This document shows positions 21,183-30,619 of a stretch of DNA of 32,000 bases, piece by piece. Numbering within the stretch: the first letter of the stretch is position 1; every line of letters starts with the position of its first letter. This DNA comes from Photobacterium rosenbergii (GTDB lineage: Bacteria > Pseudomonadota > Gammaproteobacteria > Enterobacterales > Vibrionaceae). A program made the translations under genes and the position numbers. Location: positions 64,856 through 96,855 of the forward strand of contig NZ_PYMB01000002.1 in assembly GCF_003026455.1 (NCBI RefSeq), written 5' to 3'. The notes under the pieces were generated by a model. That model ran no database searches. It saw only the letters and a program-made list of their open reading frames with translations, and was not told the DNA's origin.

Positions 21183-23672
21183 ATGTCTCTGAGTCGACGT
21201 CAATTTTTGTCAGGGCTGGTAACCACAAGCGCAGTTGGCGTTATTGGCCCAAGCTTACTCACCTCGGTAGCCCGTGCTGCTGAAGAGGTGTCGTCACCGT
21301 ATTCGGCAGACGGCATTTGGAAAACCACCGGCTCCCATTGGGGGGCCTTCCGTGCCAAAATTTATAACGGTAAGGTCGTCGAGATAAAACCGCTGGAGCG
21401 GGATAAATACCCGACAGATATGATCAATGGAATCAAGGGGATTATCTATAACCCTTCCCGTGTCCGCTATCCAATGATCCGGCTGGATTGGCTCAAGAAG
21501 CACAAATACAGCGGTGACACCCGGGGTAACAACCGCTTTGTCCGGGTAACATGGGACGAAGCACTGGATATCTTCTACAACGAGTTGGAGCGGATCCAGA
21601 AAGATTACGGCCCATGGGCACTGCATGCCGGGATGACTGGTTGGCGTCAAACCGGCCAGTTCCACAGTTGTGGTAACCACATGCAAAGGGCTGTGGGGAT
21701 GCATGGTAACTTCATGACCAAGGTGGGGGATTACTCGACTGGTGCAGGTCAAACCATCATGCCTTATGTGCTGGGCTCGACCGAAGTTTACGCCCAGGGG
21801 ACGTCTTGGCCTGATATTCTGGAAAACAGTAAAACCGTGATCCTGTGGGCTAATGACCCTGTCAAGAATACTCAGGTAGGCTGGCAGTGTGAGACCCATG
21901 ACTCTTACATGTACTATGAACAGCTCAAGGATAAGGTTGCCAAAGGCGAGATCAAAGTGATCTCGGTCGATCCGGTTAAATCAAAAAGCCAGAACTACTT
22001 GGGCTGTGATCAGTTGTACGTGAACCCTCAGACTGACGTACCTTTCATGTTGGCGATCGCCCATACCTTGTACAAGGAGGAGCTCTACGACAAAGCATTT
22101 ATCGAAACCTATGCCTTGGGCTTTGATGAGTTCATTCCTTATGTGCTGGGTGAAACCAAAGACAACGTCGAGAAAACCCCTGAGTGGGCAGAACCTATCT
22201 GTGGTGTGAAGGCTGATGAGATCCGTGAATTCGCACGGTTATTGGCAAAAGACCGTACCCAGATAATCTTTGGCTGGGCGGTACAGCGTCAGCAACATGG
22301 TGAGCAGCCATACTGGATGGGGGCGGTTATTGCGACCATGCTGGGCCAGATTGGCTTGCCAGGTGGCGGTATCTCTTATTCCCACCATTACAGTGGGGTG
22401 GGGATCCCACCAACAGGGGCTGCAGGACCGGGCGGGTTCCCGCGCAATGTTGATGAGGGTAAGAAACCGAAGTGGGATAATAACGACTTCAAAGGCTACA
22501 GCCGGACTATCCCGGTTGCCCGTTGGATTGATGCTATCCTCGAGCCGGGTAAGGAAATTAATTACAACGGTTCAAAAGTGGTGTTACCGGATACCAAGAT
22601 GCTGGTGGTCAGTGGCTGTAACCCATGGCACCACCACCAAGACCGTAACCGGATGAAAACGGCTTTCCAGAAACTGCAAACTGTGGTGACGATTGATTTT
22701 GCCTGGACAGCGACCTGCCGTTTCTCCGATATTGTGCTGCCTGCTTGTACCCAATTTGAGCGAAACGATATCGACTTGTATGGGGCTTATTCGGGTACCG
22801 GTGTACTAGCGATGCATAAGTTGGTGGATCCGCTTTACCAGTCACGCACCGACTTTGAGATCTTTACCGACTTCTGTCGCCGTTTTGGCCGCAACAAGGA
22901 ATATACCCGTGGTATGGATGAAATGGAGTGGGTACGCTCGCTCTATGACGAATGCCGTGAGGCGAATAAAGCCAACTTTGAAATGCCGGAATTTGATGAG
23001 TTCTGGGAAGTAGGTGAGGCAGGCTGGGTCGACTTTGGTGAAGGTAAAAACTTTGTCCGTCATGCCGATTTCCGCGAAGACCCTGAGATCAACCCGCTCG
23101 GTACACCGTCAGGGTTTATTGAAATCTACAGTCGTAAGATAGCCAGTTATAACTACGAGCACTGTCAAGGCCACCCGATGTGGTTTGAAAAAGCCGAGCG
23201 TTCGCACGGTGGGCCGGGCTCAGACAAGTATCCGCTTTGGTTGCAATCTTGCCACCCTGACAAGCGTTTACACTCGCAGATGTGTGAATCGGATGAATAC
23301 CGGGCCACCTATGCGGTTCAAGATCGTGAGCCGGTGTATATCAGCCCTGAAGATGCCAAAGCCCGTGGTATCAATGATGGTGATCTGGTCAGGGTATTTA
23401 ACGACCGTGGCCAGTTATTGGCAGGGGCAGTGGTCTCCGATGATTACCCACCGGGTGTAATACGTATTCACGAGGGGGCATGGTATGGACCGCTTAGCGA
23501 GAAGTTGGGGGCGATTGATACCTATGGCGATCCTAACACCCTTACTATGGATGTCGGCTCGTCAGAATTAGCCCAGGCAACCAGTGCCAACACCGTAGTG
23601 GCAGATATCGAGAAATTCAAAGGTGAGGTACCGCCGGTAACCGCATTTGGTGGTCCGATCATTGAAACTTAA
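21183..23672 (+). CDS. torA: Trimethylamine-N-oxide reductase TorA (molybdopterin, Tat-exported)
   Basis: Twin-arginine signal [12 protein letters not shown]...ARAA. 829-aa DMSO-reductase-family protein that lacks the N-terminal Fe-S cysteine cluster, as in TorA. GAGG RBS. Follows torC. Confidence 0.92.
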   Translation: MSLSRRQFLSGLVTTSAVGVIGPSLLTSVARAAEEVSSPYSADGIWKTTGSHWGAFRAKIYNGKVVEIKPLERDKYPTDMINGIKGIIYNPSRVRYPMIRLDWLKKHKYSGDTRGNNRFVRVTWDEALDIFYNELERIQKDYGPWALHAGMTGWRQTGQFHSCGNHMQRAVGMHGNFMTKVGDYSTGAGQTIMPYVLGSTEVYAQGTSWPDILENSKTVILWANDPVKNTQVGWQCETHDSYMYYEQLKDKVAKGEIKVISVDPVKSKSQNYLGCDQLYVNPQTDVPFMLAIAHTLYKEELYDKAFIETYALGFDEFIPYVLGETKDNVEKTPEWAEPICGVKADEIREFARLLAKDRTQIIFGWAVQRQQHGEQPYWMGAVIATMLGQIGLPGGGISYSHHYSGVGIPPTGAAGPGGFPRNVDEGKKPKWDNNDFKGYSRTIPVARWIDAILEPGKEINYNGSKVVLPDTKMLVVSGCNPWHHHQDRNRMKTAFQKLQTVVTIDFAWTATCRFSDIVLPACTQFERNDIDLYGAYSGTGVLAMHKLVDPLYQSRTDFEIFTDFCRRFGRNKEYTRGMDEMEWVRSLYDECREANKANFEMPEFDEFWEVGEAGWVDFGEGKNFVRHADFREDPEINPLGTPSGFIEIYSRKIASYNYEHCQGHPMWFEKAERSHGGPGSDKYPLWLQSCHPDKRLHSQMCESDEYRATYAVQDREPVYISPEDAKARGINDGDLVRVFNDRGQLLAGAVVSDDYPPGVIRIHEGAWYGPLSEKLGAIDTYGDPNTLTMDVGSSELAQATSANTVVADIEKFKGEVPPVTAFGGPIIET

Positions 23673-23686
23673 AGTTCTATCCCGCT

Positions 23687-23717
23687 CTAACCCGCCGCCT
23701 ATGGCGGGTTAGTTTTA
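23687..23717 (+). terminator. Intrinsic terminator after torA
   Basis: CTAACCCGCC-gcctat-GGCGGGTTAG (10-bp stem) followed by TTTTA. Confidence 0.75.
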
Positions 23718-23875
23718 CCTTTTTCCAGTCACTGCGAAGTCAGTTCCTGTCTTTTCCCGCTTTATCATCACAATGTACTTTGACACTGGTTTCTGAGATG
23801 TAACACAGCGCCGGACTGCAGATTTCCCGTATAATTGATAAATCTGAAAGTGTTAGCAGACAGTTGTAGTTGAAC

Positions 23876-24316
23876 ATGAAGCCATACAGACCCAATGATT
23901 ACACAGTACAAGAGAGAACCGCGCCGGATTACACGGTAGCAGGAGTTGCCTTTGAAGCCGCTGGTGGTGAGGAGGGCGTCCGGGCTTTGGTCGAATCATT
24001 CTACCGCCACATGGATACCTTACCGCAGGCGAAGAAAGTGCGCGAGATGCACGATGACGACCTCAGCGAGTCTATTGAGAAGTTGACCACCTTTCTTGTT
24101 GGTTGGCTTGGCGGTCCAGCCCGCTACGAAGAGAAGTTCGGCATGATGAACCTACCCGGTGCCCATCGTCATCTTGCTATTGGGGTAGCAGAGAAAGAAG
24201 TGTGGTTGCACTGTATGCAAAAAGCGTTGGATGAGCAGGGCTATGACGAACTGTTTAAGCGCCATGTGATGGTCCAGTTGTCGTTCCCTGCCGAAATGTG
24301 CCGTAATAGAACCTAG
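23876..24316 (+). CDS. Group II truncated haemoglobin (bacterial-like globin, YjbI/trHbO type)
   Basis: The pattern FY.HM......KVREMH..DL.ESIEKLTTFLVGWLGGPARYEEKFG...L.GAHRHLAIG..EKEVWLHCMQKAL fits the trHb group II signature (FL..wlGGP..Y, RH..f.I, W..cM). The ATG at 23876 is preferred over the TTG at 23870. A TATAAT hexamer lies at 23830-23835. Confidence 0.75.
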   Translation: MKPYRPNDYTVQERTAPDYTVAGVAFEAAGGEEGVRALVESFYRHMDTLPQAKKVREMHDDDLSESIEKLTTFLVGWLGGPARYEEKFGMMNLPGAHRHLAIGVAEKEVWLHCMQKALDEQGYDELFKRHVMVQLSFPAEMCRNRT

Positions 24317-24361
24317 ATTCTAGATCCTGAAACCTAGAGTCAAGAACTAAGATCTAGAACC
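24307..24361. repeat. Degenerate tandem heptamer array (about 8 units, consensus TAGAnCC) filling the gap between the convergent globin and LysR genes
   Basis: Read as TAGAACC TAGATTC TAGATCC TGAAACC TAGAGTC AAGAACT AAGATC TAGAACC. Unit 2 contains the globin stop TAG (24314-24316). The CTAG joining units 7 and 8 contains the stop of the minus-strand LysR gene (24354-24356). Confidence 0.8.
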
Positions 24362-25259
24362 GTTCTTTCATTGCCATGTAGTGTTCACGAATGTGTTCAA
24401 TCAGGGCTTGGATACGTTTGGGCGGTTGCTTGGTATAAGGGTAGACCGCATAGATCCCCACCACTTTGCCGGCATGTTCCGGCAACAACTCGACCAAATC
24501 CCCATTTTGTAGATCGTCATAGACCAAACAGGTCGGCAGGTAGGCGACACCGTTGCCGGCCAGTGCCGCCTTGCGAAGGCCTGCCGCATTGTCGCTGGAG
24601 AAGTTACCATTCACTTTCATGGTGTAGGTATCGTCGGTATTACGCAGGAATAGCCAGTCAAACGGCCCCGTACTTTGCTGGGTATAACCGAGGCAGTTAT
24701 GGTGTTTGAGTGCCTTTGGTGACTCGGGGACGCCGAATTGCTCTAGGTAGCCTGGCGTTGCACAAATCACCCACCTTGAATTGAAAATATGGCGGGCGAT
24801 CAGGCTGGAATCCTCAAGGTAGCCAGTCCTAATCACCAAGTCATAGTTTTGTGCGACCAAGTCGACAAACTGGTTGTCCATCGACATATCAATGGTTAGG
24901 CCGGGATGGTTTTGGCAAAAGTCAGACAGGGCTTTTGACAATAATAACTCGCCGGAGATGGTCGGTACGGAAACACGGATATGTCCCGACAGGGCTTCAC
25001 TGTACCCGGTTACCGAGTCAAAGGCAGATTGCGCAACCTGACGAACTTCCTTGGCCCGCTGATATAAGATTGAACCCGGTTCGGTCAATGTCAGCCTGCG
25101 GGTGGTCCGGTACATCAACTGTACCCCTAACTCTTGCTCAAGTTTGCTGATCCGCTTGCTCACCACGGATTTGGTGATGTTGTTGAGCTCAGCAACCTTG
25201 CTGAAAGAGCCGTGCTCGATAACTTGGGCAAAAAGCACCAGATCATCAATCTGCGCCAT
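24354..25259 (-). CDS. LysR-family transcriptional regulator
   Basis: N-terminal wHTH (FSKVAELNNITKSVVSKRISKLEQELGVQLMYRTTRRLTLTEPG) plus a LysR substrate-binding domain. It lies 22 nt downstream of lutC and is co-oriented with it. Confidence 0.88.
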   Translation of the reverse strand: MAQIDDLVLFAQVIEHGSFSKVAELNNITKSVVSKRISKLEQELGVQLMYRTTRRLTLTEPGSILYQRAKEVRQVAQSAFDSVTGYSEALSGHIRVSVPTISGELLLSKALSDFCQNHPGLTIDMSMDNQFVDLVAQNYDLVIRTGYLEDSSLIARHIFNSRWVICATPGYLEQFGVPESPKALKHHNCLGYTQQSTGPFDWLFLRNTDDTYTMKVNGNFSSDNAAGLRKAALAGNGVAYLPTCLVYDDLQNGDLVELLPEHAGKVVGIYAVYPYTKQPPKRIQALIEHIREHYMAMKERF

Positions 25260-25281
25260 GAATACCTACTTTTACTGTCTG

Positions 25282-26043
25282 TTATAGGTCATCAATAATG
25301 ACATAGGTGGCATAGACTGGGCCATGAACGCCGACCACTTTGATCAGTTCGATATCTGCCGTCGAACTTGGTCCTGATATAAAGTTAACGCAGGACGGTA
25401 GCCGCTCCCCTTGCTGGGCTTTCTTGTGCAACTCGGCAGTGGCTTGGGTCAGGCGGGCAACCAATGCACTTTTGGGTACCACAAACACAGAAGCCTCAGG
25501 CAGCAAACTGATAGCTCGCCCTTGTGCCGGTTGGCTATACAGCACCATAGTGCCGGATTCAGCCAGCGCCTGCTCGGCATAGACGATACCGACCTTGGCC
25601 CGCTCAGCAATCTCGATATTCGGTCCGTAGCCAAGTTGGGTATTCCACACATGGACAACATGCTCTTCAGTATCTAGCTGCTCGGGGTCAAACAATTCGA
25701 GCAGGCGCGGATCGGCCGATACCAGCGTTTCGCTTGGCGCTGTTGATGGGTTATTCGTAGGGCTGGCAGCCGTTTCATCTAAACAGTAACCTGCACAAAC
25801 TTGACGCAGAGTTTCCGTTAGCCCGGCCTGTGTGGTGACTAACGCATGTGCTCCCAGCGCCTTATGGGTGTAATCAATCAGGATTTGCTTGAGCTCATCG
25901 CGGCTTTTCCCGGCCATCACGTCGTGATGGCAGGTATAGCGGAGTGCTGGACGTTCAACAGGCGTTGTTTGCCGTGGTCGCCCCAGCTTGGCAGCGATGT
26001 TATCGAGAAATCGGTCGCGGTTGATGATATCGCTCATGTTCAA
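25282..26043 (-). CDS. lutC: Lactate utilization protein C (LUD domain, YkgG/LldG)
   Basis: 253 aa, third gene after lutA and lutB, with a 4-nt overlap with the lutB stop. LUD/DUF162-like ends. It carries a P/S/T/E-rich insert ([20 protein letters not shown]...) compared with my recollection of E. coli YkgG. Confidence 0.75.
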   Translation of the reverse strand: MNMSDIINRDRFLDNIAAKLGRPRQTTPVERPALRYTCHHDVMAGKSRDELKQILIDYTHKALGAHALVTTQAGLTETLRQVCAGYCLDETAASPTNNPSTAPSETLVSADPRLLELFDPEQLDTEEHVVHVWNTQLGYGPNIEIAERAKVGIVYAEQALAESGTMVLYSQPAQGRAISLLPEASVFVVPKSALVARLTQATAELHKKAQQGERLPSCVNFISGPSSTADIELIKVVGVHGPVYATYVIIDDL

Positions 26044-27464
26044 GACTCCGGGGTAGATTGTCTGTTTTTAAACCAGCTACGGAAGGATTGGCCATCTGGC
26101 TGGGGAAGATCTCTTGCTTCCGTCCATTCACCGATCGCACCGACCTGCAGGGGTAACTTACCGTTTCTTATCAGACCACTTGCTAGGGTAGCACCGACTT
26201 TCACGGTCTTATCCCATAGGATTGGCTTGGCATTGATGATATTGAATGCGGCTACACTCATCCGCTCAGAGAGCGGGGTCATGCCTTGTTCTGCCATTTT
26301 CTGCCGGTGCTTGAGCAATAGGTCCGACAGTGGAATTTTAACCGGGCAGACATCATGGCAAGCCTTGCAGAGGCTGCAGGCGTAAGGCAGCTCTTTGAAG
26401 TCCTCATAGCCACCGAGTAATGGCGACAATACCGCGCCTATTGGGCCTGAATAGATTGAACCGTATGACTGGCCACCAATATGGCGGTAGGCCGGGCAGG
26501 TGTTGACACAGGCGGCACAACGCACGCAGCGCAGGATATCTTTGAACTCCGATCCCAAAATATCAGAGCGACCATTATCAACGATGACTAAATGAAACTC
26601 TTCCGGCCCATCAAGTTGCCCCTCTTCCCTCGGGCCAGTCAGGGCGGTGACATAACCGGTCAATGGCAGTCCGACCGCACTGCGGCATAGCAGGCTGATC
26701 ACTATATCCAACTCTTCGAAGGTCGGGACGATCCGCTCCATACCCATTACCGCAATATGGGTCTTTGGCAAGCTGGTGGCGAGGCGGGCATTCCCCTCGT
26801 TGGTCACCAGTGTCACTGTCCCCGATTCGGCTACCGCAAAGTTACACCCGGTTATGCCGATGTCAGCTTCGAGGAAGTCGTGCCGGATATAGTCTCGTAC
26901 ATAGCGGGTGAGGGCTTCTGGCTCCTCACTGCCTTGATAACCAATTTTGTCGCGGAAGATATCGCGGATTTGGTAGCGGTTTTTGTGCAGTGCCGGCACC
27001 ACGATATGTGACGGGGCGTCGTAGTCATCCACTTGCAAGATATATTCGCCAAGGTCGGTTTCGACCACATCACAGCCATTGCGCTCAATCATCGCATTGA
27101 GGCTGATTTCCTCGGTCACCATGGATTTGGATTTGACCACTTTCTTGGCATTCTTTTCCTTGATGATGGATTCGATATAAGCGGTGGCCTCTTCGGCGGT
27201 TTGGGCAAAGAACACCTTGCCACCATTACGGCTGACACTTTCGCTCAGTTGGTGGAGGTAGTAATCCAGATGTTCGAGAACATGGTTGCGGATGTCCATA
27301 CCCATCTCACGCCATTGCTCCCAGTTCCCCAGCTTATCGGCAGCAACCTGACGGTTGGTGAACATCCGGGTTTGCGCATTAGCGACTGATTCACGCATAA
27401 AGGTATCTTGCATCTGTACTTCGATACGCTGTTTGAAATGGGTGCTGCTGGTTTTCATCGACAT
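26040..27464 (-). CDS. lutB: Lactate utilization iron-sulfur protein B (YkgF/LldF)
   Basis: 474 aa with two ferredoxin-type cysteine clusters, [12 protein letters not shown] and [24 protein letters not shown]. Confidence 0.88.
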   Translation of the reverse strand: MSMKTSSTHFKQRIEVQMQDTFMRESVANAQTRMFTNRQVAADKLGNWEQWREMGMDIRNHVLEHLDYYLHQLSESVSRNGGKVFFAQTAEEATAYIESIIKEKNAKKVVKSKSMVTEEISLNAMIERNGCDVVETDLGEYILQVDDYDAPSHIVVPALHKNRYQIRDIFRDKIGYQGSEEPEALTRYVRDYIRHDFLEADIGITGCNFAVAESGTVTLVTNEGNARLATSLPKTHIAVMGMERIVPTFEELDIVISLLCRSAVGLPLTGYVTALTGPREEGQLDGPEEFHLVIVDNGRSDILGSEFKDILRCVRCAACVNTCPAYRHIGGQSYGSIYSGPIGAVLSPLLGGYEDFKELPYACSLCKACHDVCPVKIPLSDLLLKHRQKMAEQGMTPLSERMSVAAFNIINAKPILWDKTVKVGATLASGLIRNGKLPLQVGAIGEWTEARDLPQPDGQSFRSWFKNRQSTPES

Positions 27465-27477
27465 TGTGCTTCCTCCC

Positions 27478-28197
27478 TCAGCGACTCATCAACACATCAA
27501 CGATGTGCATGACTTTGATGGGCTTGCCTTCACGGCTGATACGGCCCCCGATATTCATCAGGCAGCTGATATCTGCGCCGATCAGGTAATCAGGTTCGAC
27601 GGCACTGATATGGCTGACTTTCTCTTTGACCATCTCGCCGGAGATTTCAGACATCTTGACAGAGAAGGTGCCCCCGAAGCCGCAGCAGGTTTCCTGGTGG
27701 TTAATAGGAAGCAGGGTCAGCCCTTCTACTTGCTCAAGCAATTTGATGGGTTCTTCACGCACATTGAGCTTGCGGATCAGGCTGCACGAAGGGTGGTATA
27801 CCGCGCGGCCGTCGAGTTTGGCGCCAAGCTGGGTCACGTCCAATTGGTTGACGATAAACTGGGTGAGTTCGAAAAAGCGGTCTGCAACTTGTTGCGCCCT
27901 TAAAGCCCATTCGGGCTCATCAGCTAAATACTCCGGGTAGCGCTTGATAGAGGCGACACAGGATCCGGCTGGAGAAACAATCGGATATTCATTGGCCTCA
28001 AAAGCTGTGATGAGGTTTTTCATGCCTTTTTTGCTGTCATTGATGTAGCCGGAGTTGAGTGAAGGTTGGCCACAACAGCCTTGCTGTTCTGGGAAAAGGA
28101 CCTCACAGCCGAGCTGTTCCAGCAGTAACACACTTTTTTTGGCGACTTCCGCTTTGACGGTATCGCACAGGCAGGTGGCGAATAGATTGACCTTCAT
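27478..28197 (-). CDS. lutA: Lactate utilization (Fe-S) oxidoreductase subunit A (YkgE/LldE, CCG domains)
   Basis: 239 aa with two cysteine-rich CCG motifs ([16 protein letters not shown]). GGAG RBS. First gene of lutABC. Confidence 0.88.
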   Translation of the reverse strand: MKVNLFATCLCDTVKAEVAKKSVLLLEQLGCEVLFPEQQGCCGQPSLNSGYINDSKKGMKNLITAFEANEYPIVSPAGSCVASIKRYPEYLADEPEWALRAQQVADRFFELTQFIVNQLDVTQLGAKLDGRAVYHPSCSLIRKLNVREEPIKLLEQVEGLTLLPINHQETCCGFGGTFSVKMSEISGEMVKEKVSHISAVEPDYLIGADISCLMNIGGRISREGKPIKVMHIVDVLMSR

Positions 28198-28618
28198 ACT
28201 GGCTCCAGTGCTTGGGGTGAAGTGGCTAGCACGCTAACGCTTCACTCTTTGTAATTTTGTTTACAGGGTGTAACGAAATGTTGTTATAGGAAGAATATTG
28301 TAGGGAATCGGGGCCTTTGCGCTACGCTTTTTTGTGGCCATTAATGCGTAAATCAATATGAATTAGATCGAGGAAGTGAAACGGATGTTATTGCCTTAAA
28401 AGTTTTAACTTACATAAAACATGTACTTATGTATTTTGCTGTCAAGCTGATGAAAAATAATTAATCAACTTTTGGAAACAATGATTTTGTATCCCTGCAC
28501 TAATACTGTGGTTAAATTTGCCCCGGCTTAGGCCTTTATCAACGAAGGGCTGAATCCTCTACCGCCGCACCAGTTAATCCATGTTCGTAAAATAACGACA
28601 AAATGGTTTATTCCTTTG

Positions 28619-28646
28619 TTGAAATGAAATTAATTTTCTATATAAC
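28619..28646 (+). promoter_or_regulatory. Candidate sigma70 promoter for yfcA: TTGAAA, 16-nt spacer, TATAAC
   Basis: The -35 TTGAAA is at 28619-28624 and the -10 TATAAC at 28641-28646, each 5/6 to consensus, in an AT-rich context. Sequence inspection only. Confidence 0.3.
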
Positions 28647-28675
28647 TCTTCACTCGGGTCATTGGGGTAATGAGT

Positions 28676-28729
28676 CGACCTATTAAAAACAGGAATAGGT
28701 CGTTATCCGTATTTTCATTTTTCTTTTTA
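28676..28729 (+). terminator. Terminator-like hairpin plus T-rich tract inside the putative yfcA leader (possible attenuator or short RNA 3' end)
   Basis: CGACCTATT-aaaaacagg-AATAGGTCG (9-bp stem, 28676-28702) followed by TTATCCGTATTTTCATTTTTCTTTTTA. It lies 93-146 nt upstream of the yfcA ATG. Confidence 0.3.
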
Positions 28730-28821
28730 TCGGCAATCCGTATTCTATCGTGCCTTTGGAGTGGGTGTGCTCCTAAGGCATTTGCCTGTTGCTGTGTTTT
28801 ATTTTGTGTGTTGGAAGTTGT

Positions 28822-29610
28822 ATGGAATTTTCTTGGGAAATTATCGGGGCTTTGTTTTTGGTTGCTAGCCTCGCCGGATTTATTGATGCCCTTGCCGGTG
28901 GAGGTGGGATGCTGACTGTGCCCGCTTTGTTAGCCGCGGGTCTTCCTCCCGCACAAGCATTGGCGACTAATAAACTACAAAGCTCATTTGGCAGTTTCTC
29001 CGCCTCGCTGTATTTTGTCCGCAATGGGTTGGTTAAGCTCAGTGAGATGCGCTTGGCGATTTTGTGTACCTTCATCGGATCTGCTGCGGGCGCGTTGCTT
29101 GTCCAGTATATGGACGCCGGCACGCTGACTAAAGTCATTCCGGCCCTGCTGGTGGTGATAGCACTCTATTTTCTGTTTGCCCCTGACGCCGGCGAAGGTG
29201 GTGGTAAACCCAAGCTAAGCCAAGCTGGATTTGCATTAACCGTTGGTACTGGGATTGGGTTTTATGACGGCTTTTTTGGTCCCGGTACGGGCTCGTTATT
29301 TGCCGTCTGCTTTGTGGTTATCGCTCAGTTGGGTATTGTCGAAGCAACGGCAAAAACCAAAGTCCTCAACTTTACTTCAAACTTTGCGGCCTTGTTGTTT
29401 TTTGTTGCTGCCGGCTTGCCGGTTTGGGAGATTGGCCTGGTCATGGCTCTTGGCGGTTTTATCGGGGCAAGATTGGGAGCGAAAGTAGTGGTGACCAAAG
29501 GGCGGAAGTTAATCCGCCCACTGGTTGTGACAGTATCCATGGTCATGGCGGTGAAGTTACTGGCTGAAGAACACCCCCAGTGGCTGGATACGATTGTTTC
29601 ATTTGTCTAA
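28822..29610 (+). CDS. yfcA: TauE/SafE-family (YfcA-like) anion permease
   Basis: From the ATG at 28822 (GGAAG RBS) the protein begins [53 protein letters not shown]. This is collinear with E. coli YfcA as recalled ([56 protein letters not shown]). The ORF-track start at 28789 adds 11 unlikely residues. Confidence 0.82.
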   Translation: [262 protein letters not shown]

Positions 29611-29704
29611 CTCTGATTACTTTGGTTGGCATTATGCCGGTCGTATAGCCAACAGACGTCTTTGTTCAAAGTTCAAGCTATTTTGCTTGTTCGCGCTGAG
29701 CGCG

Positions 29705-30415
29705 TTAAGCCACGAGCTCGGCAGAGTCAGCCATTGCCCAGTCAATGCAGGCTTTTGCCAAGATATTGAGTGAATCTAAGCATTGCTCTGGCTGATTAAA
29801 CACGGTTTCAGCAAGGGCTACGGGGATTTCTGTGCAGCCTAGGATAACGGCGTCTGCGCCTTGTTCGAGCAGGGAATCAAATACCGGTTTCATTAAGCGG
29901 TGACCCTGTTCGACATCTCCTGCTTTAACGGCATAGATGCCATCCATCACGGCCTGTTGCTGGTCTTGCTCCGGGGCAACGGCAGCAATTTGTTTTTGGG
30001 CCAGTTTGGTCTCGTACATCCTCGTCGTCATCGTTGCTGTAGTGGCCATGATGCCCACTTTTGTGTAGCCACGCAGTTTAGCTTCATCCACCACACTATC
30101 GAGAATACTGATCATGTGTACCCGGCAGGTATTGCTCAGCCTCGGGTACCAATAATGGGCGGTATTGCATGGCATAACGATACATTCAGCCCCAGCCTGT
30201 TCGAGTTGCTCCATCCCTTGTTTCAGGGCTGGATAGGGATCATCGCCGTTGCTGATCAGGAAAGCGGTACGGTCAGGGATCTGCGGGTTATTACTAACCA
30301 GCATAGGAATATGTTGTTGGTCGCTGCAGGCTGGCGTCTGCGCGATGATTTTTTGCATGAACTCGACAGTGGCGAGTGGCCCCATTCCGCCCAATATACC
30401 TAATTTCCTGCTCAT
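29705..30415 (-). CDS. Aspartate/glutamate racemase family protein (YgeA/aspartate racemase-like)
   Basis: N-terminal LGILGGMGPLAT and two catalytic-cysteine motifs (MPCNTAHYW and LGCTEIP). 236 aa. AGGAA RBS. Confidence 0.85.
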   Translation of the reverse strand: MSRKLGILGGMGPLATVEFMQKIIAQTPACSDQQHIPMLVSNNPQIPDRTAFLISNGDDPYPALKQGMEQLEQAGAECIVMPCNTAHYWYPRLSNTCRVHMISILDSVVDEAKLRGYTKVGIMATTATMTTRMYETKLAQKQIAAVAPEQDQQQAVMDGIYAVKAGDVEQGHRLMKPVFDSLLEQGADAVILGCTEIPVALAETVFNQPEQCLDSLNILAKACIDWAMADSAELVA

Positions 30416-30446
30416 CTTATTGTTCCTACAGTATTTTCCACTGAGT

Positions 30447-30463
30447 TCACTATAGGTGAGTGA
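30447..30463. promoter_or_regulatory. Dyad TCACT-N7-AGTGA (fits T-N11-A) in the racemase / LysR divergent spacer
   Basis: TCACTATAGGTGAGTGA read directly. The position, between a LysR gene and its divergent neighbour, is typical of LysR recognition sites. No binding data. Confidence 0.3.
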
Positions 30464-30619
30464 GGTGGTGGTGAGAAATGCCGTTGCTGAGCCAGTTATG
30501 CAGAATCGGTATGGGGAGATGATGGATTTGTGATCTGGCTGGCTTGAAATAACTCTGTATGTGCACTGGGGTTCGCTATACTGCCGCTGCTTGGTTAGGG
30601 AAAAACGTGTTGTACCGAT

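Noticed and set aside
21294-21899. 201-aa ORF antisense to torA
   Set aside because: It is embedded in the conserved molybdopterin-binding domain of torA and has no motif support.
28670-28915. 81-aa ORF spanning the yfcA leader and the yfcA 5' end
   Set aside because: It overlaps yfcA in a different frame, its ATG is only 2 nt from the G-run, and the product is Cys/Phe/Leu-rich junk-like sequence. The region is better explained as the yfcA leader plus the yfcA CDS starting at 28822.
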